Assembly: GCA_030704615.1 (NCBI GenBank)
Contig: CM060732.1
Location: forward strand, 58,466,001-58,530,000
Direction of reading: 5' to 3'
DNA length: 64,000 nt
DNA from: Takakia lepidozioides
Taxonomy: Eukaryota > Plantae > Bryophyta
Part shown: piece by piece, positions 62,620-64,000 of the stretch
Numbering within the stretch: position 1 is the stretch's first letter
Layout of the letters: each line of letters opens with the position of its first letter
Program-made: the position numbers and the translations under genes
Notes under the pieces: generated by a model
The model's input: only the letters and a program-made list of their open reading frames with translations
Databases searched by the model: none
What the model was told of the DNA's origin: nothing

Positions 62620-63030
62620 TGACCTTGAACTCATCATGTTGAGAGGTCAAGGCTGGTACTCCAAACTCGCCCTGAGCAGCCATGTCAGTTGTTCTATAGC
62701 TTCTGGGGTCAGGGGAAAGATATGGAGGATGGTTCACAACCTGCATGTGAACACCAAAGCTTGTGTTGTGGTCAATAGCGAGAAGTCTAATTTCTTTGAC
62801 ATTGACCAAGGTGTAGCTCAAGGTTGTACCCTCTCCCCGCTGCTCTTCAATGTTTTCGTTTATCAGCCCTTTAAAAATTAGGAAAGCAAGAGATTTGGGT
62901 TACAGATGGGTGATGCCGCCATACCAGCACTTATGAAGAGATCAGGCCTTATCAGGCCTTGGAGTACACATCTGCTGTGTGGGTTGGCCAACTCCAATCA
63001 TGCTAAAACTTTAGAATCCATTCAGCTTTT
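62620..63030 (+). mobile_element. LINE RT fragment
   Basis: GVRGKIWRMVHNL...GVAQGCTLSPLLFNVF. Confidence 0.8.
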
Positions 63031-63359
63031 GGTGCTCAAAGAGAGCATGTCAGCGCGTGCACCATAAGATGTCAAGGAAGGAAACCTTTGTAGAAGGAAG
63101 GTGTCGTTCTAGGACAGAGGTTTCCTTAGAGGTTTCTTTCTTTTTTCCTTCCTTGAATAGGCCAGCTCAGGGACATGGTTGACACAGCCCCCAAGAAGCC
63201 TGCTTCACCTTCATGGAAAACACTTCCAGACTCCAAATCAACCTCAAGATGGGTGCTTATTATCCTACAGAACAGCTTGCAAACTGTGGTAAGAAGTGTA
63301 ATGCTACGGTAGTTCCTAGGCTGTCATCTGTGACCTCAAATTGACTCTGACACCCTCTC

Positions 63360-63632
63360 TCCAGCAAAAGGGTATCATTTCAGTCATCCAAATAAGGTCC
63401 CAGAGGAGTGCAAGGGCATCTACCATATGATCACACCAGGCTTGACAATCATATCAGACACACCAACTTTATAGCCCTTTAGATGTTCTATTGCTTCAGC
63501 AATCTCAGAAGAACTAATGGGCACGTTGTACCCCTTTGTGATGCACTCCAGTTTTTTAGGGTTGTCTTGGATTGTAGACAGTCATTTCCACTGTACCCTT
63601 CCATTCTTTAGAAGACTCCTCACTGTTTATAG
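63360..63632 (-). mobile_element. Diverged second copy of the 60450-60800 LINE segment
   Basis: caatctcagaagaactaatggg and ccagcaaaagggtatcatttcagtc resemble 60663-60684 and 60449-60473. Confidence 0.7.
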
Positions 63633-63785
63633 GTAGGTCTGACTGACAGGGTCTTCTTGCATAGGCCTTTGGGCTTTGCTTACCCACTAGGTTTGCCATC
63701 CCTAGTAGTATGGTGGTATTGTTTCTCATATTTATGTTGAGCAATGTGTGCAGAGTTCAGTAAAAAAAAGGAAGGGAATTGCAGG

Positions 63786-64000
63786 GAAGGATGCGAACGA
63801 GCATAAGTCTCTTACTCCAGCAAAGTGTGCACCAACTATTGCGCCAACTGTTGTGATGAGTGGCGCGGTTGTTCCAACTTACGAAAAACCAGCCCCGCCC
63901 ACTCCACAGACTGACGTTCCAGCTCCCTTGTATCCACCAGTATCGGCTCCTCCCTCGTATCCGCTTATGTACCCGCAGTATCCTGCCATGTCAGGGTATA
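63786..64000 (+). other. Possible Pro/Tyr-rich coding exon running off the window
   Basis: TGCAG acceptor-like site followed by an open frame KDANEHKSLTPAK...PLYPPVSAPPSYPLMYPQYP. Confidence 0.3.

Overview
Eukaryotic, TE-dense plant genomic DNA, probably a non-seed land plant (inferred from the TE lineages and PLS-PPR remnants; not provable here). Host genes: an intronless TM9SF/EMP70 gene with a 1-bp homopolymer frameshift, and a spliced DCD-domain gene followed by a 725-aa tandem-repeat ORF. The rest is four Ty3/gypsy LTR retrotransposon families (called A, B, C, E here), a CACTA transposon interrupted by E, LINE fragments, tRNA-derived SINEs and a PPR-derived tandem array. The first 24 kb is scrambled by three inversions and a ~4-kb tandem duplication, but target-site duplications (TSDs) allow it to be rebuilt. 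Main discovery: families A, C and E, all with DDE integrases, lack ordinary LTR ends. A and C read [A1]-internal-PPT-[B1]-nn-[A2]-[B2], i.e. split direct repeats. E shows the same PPT-B1-nn-A2-B2 3' end, but the end of its A1 is deleted. All three have an internal, (near-)palindromic ...CA-nn-TG... att junction just after the PPT and 4-bp TSDs. This layout is what integration of a 2-LTR circle cut at an internal att junction would give. Chromovirus B is the conventional control (normal LTRs, 5-bp TSD). Family C also encodes a C5 cytosine methyltransferase after its protease, a PHD finger on its integrase, and an apparent self-priming PBS.
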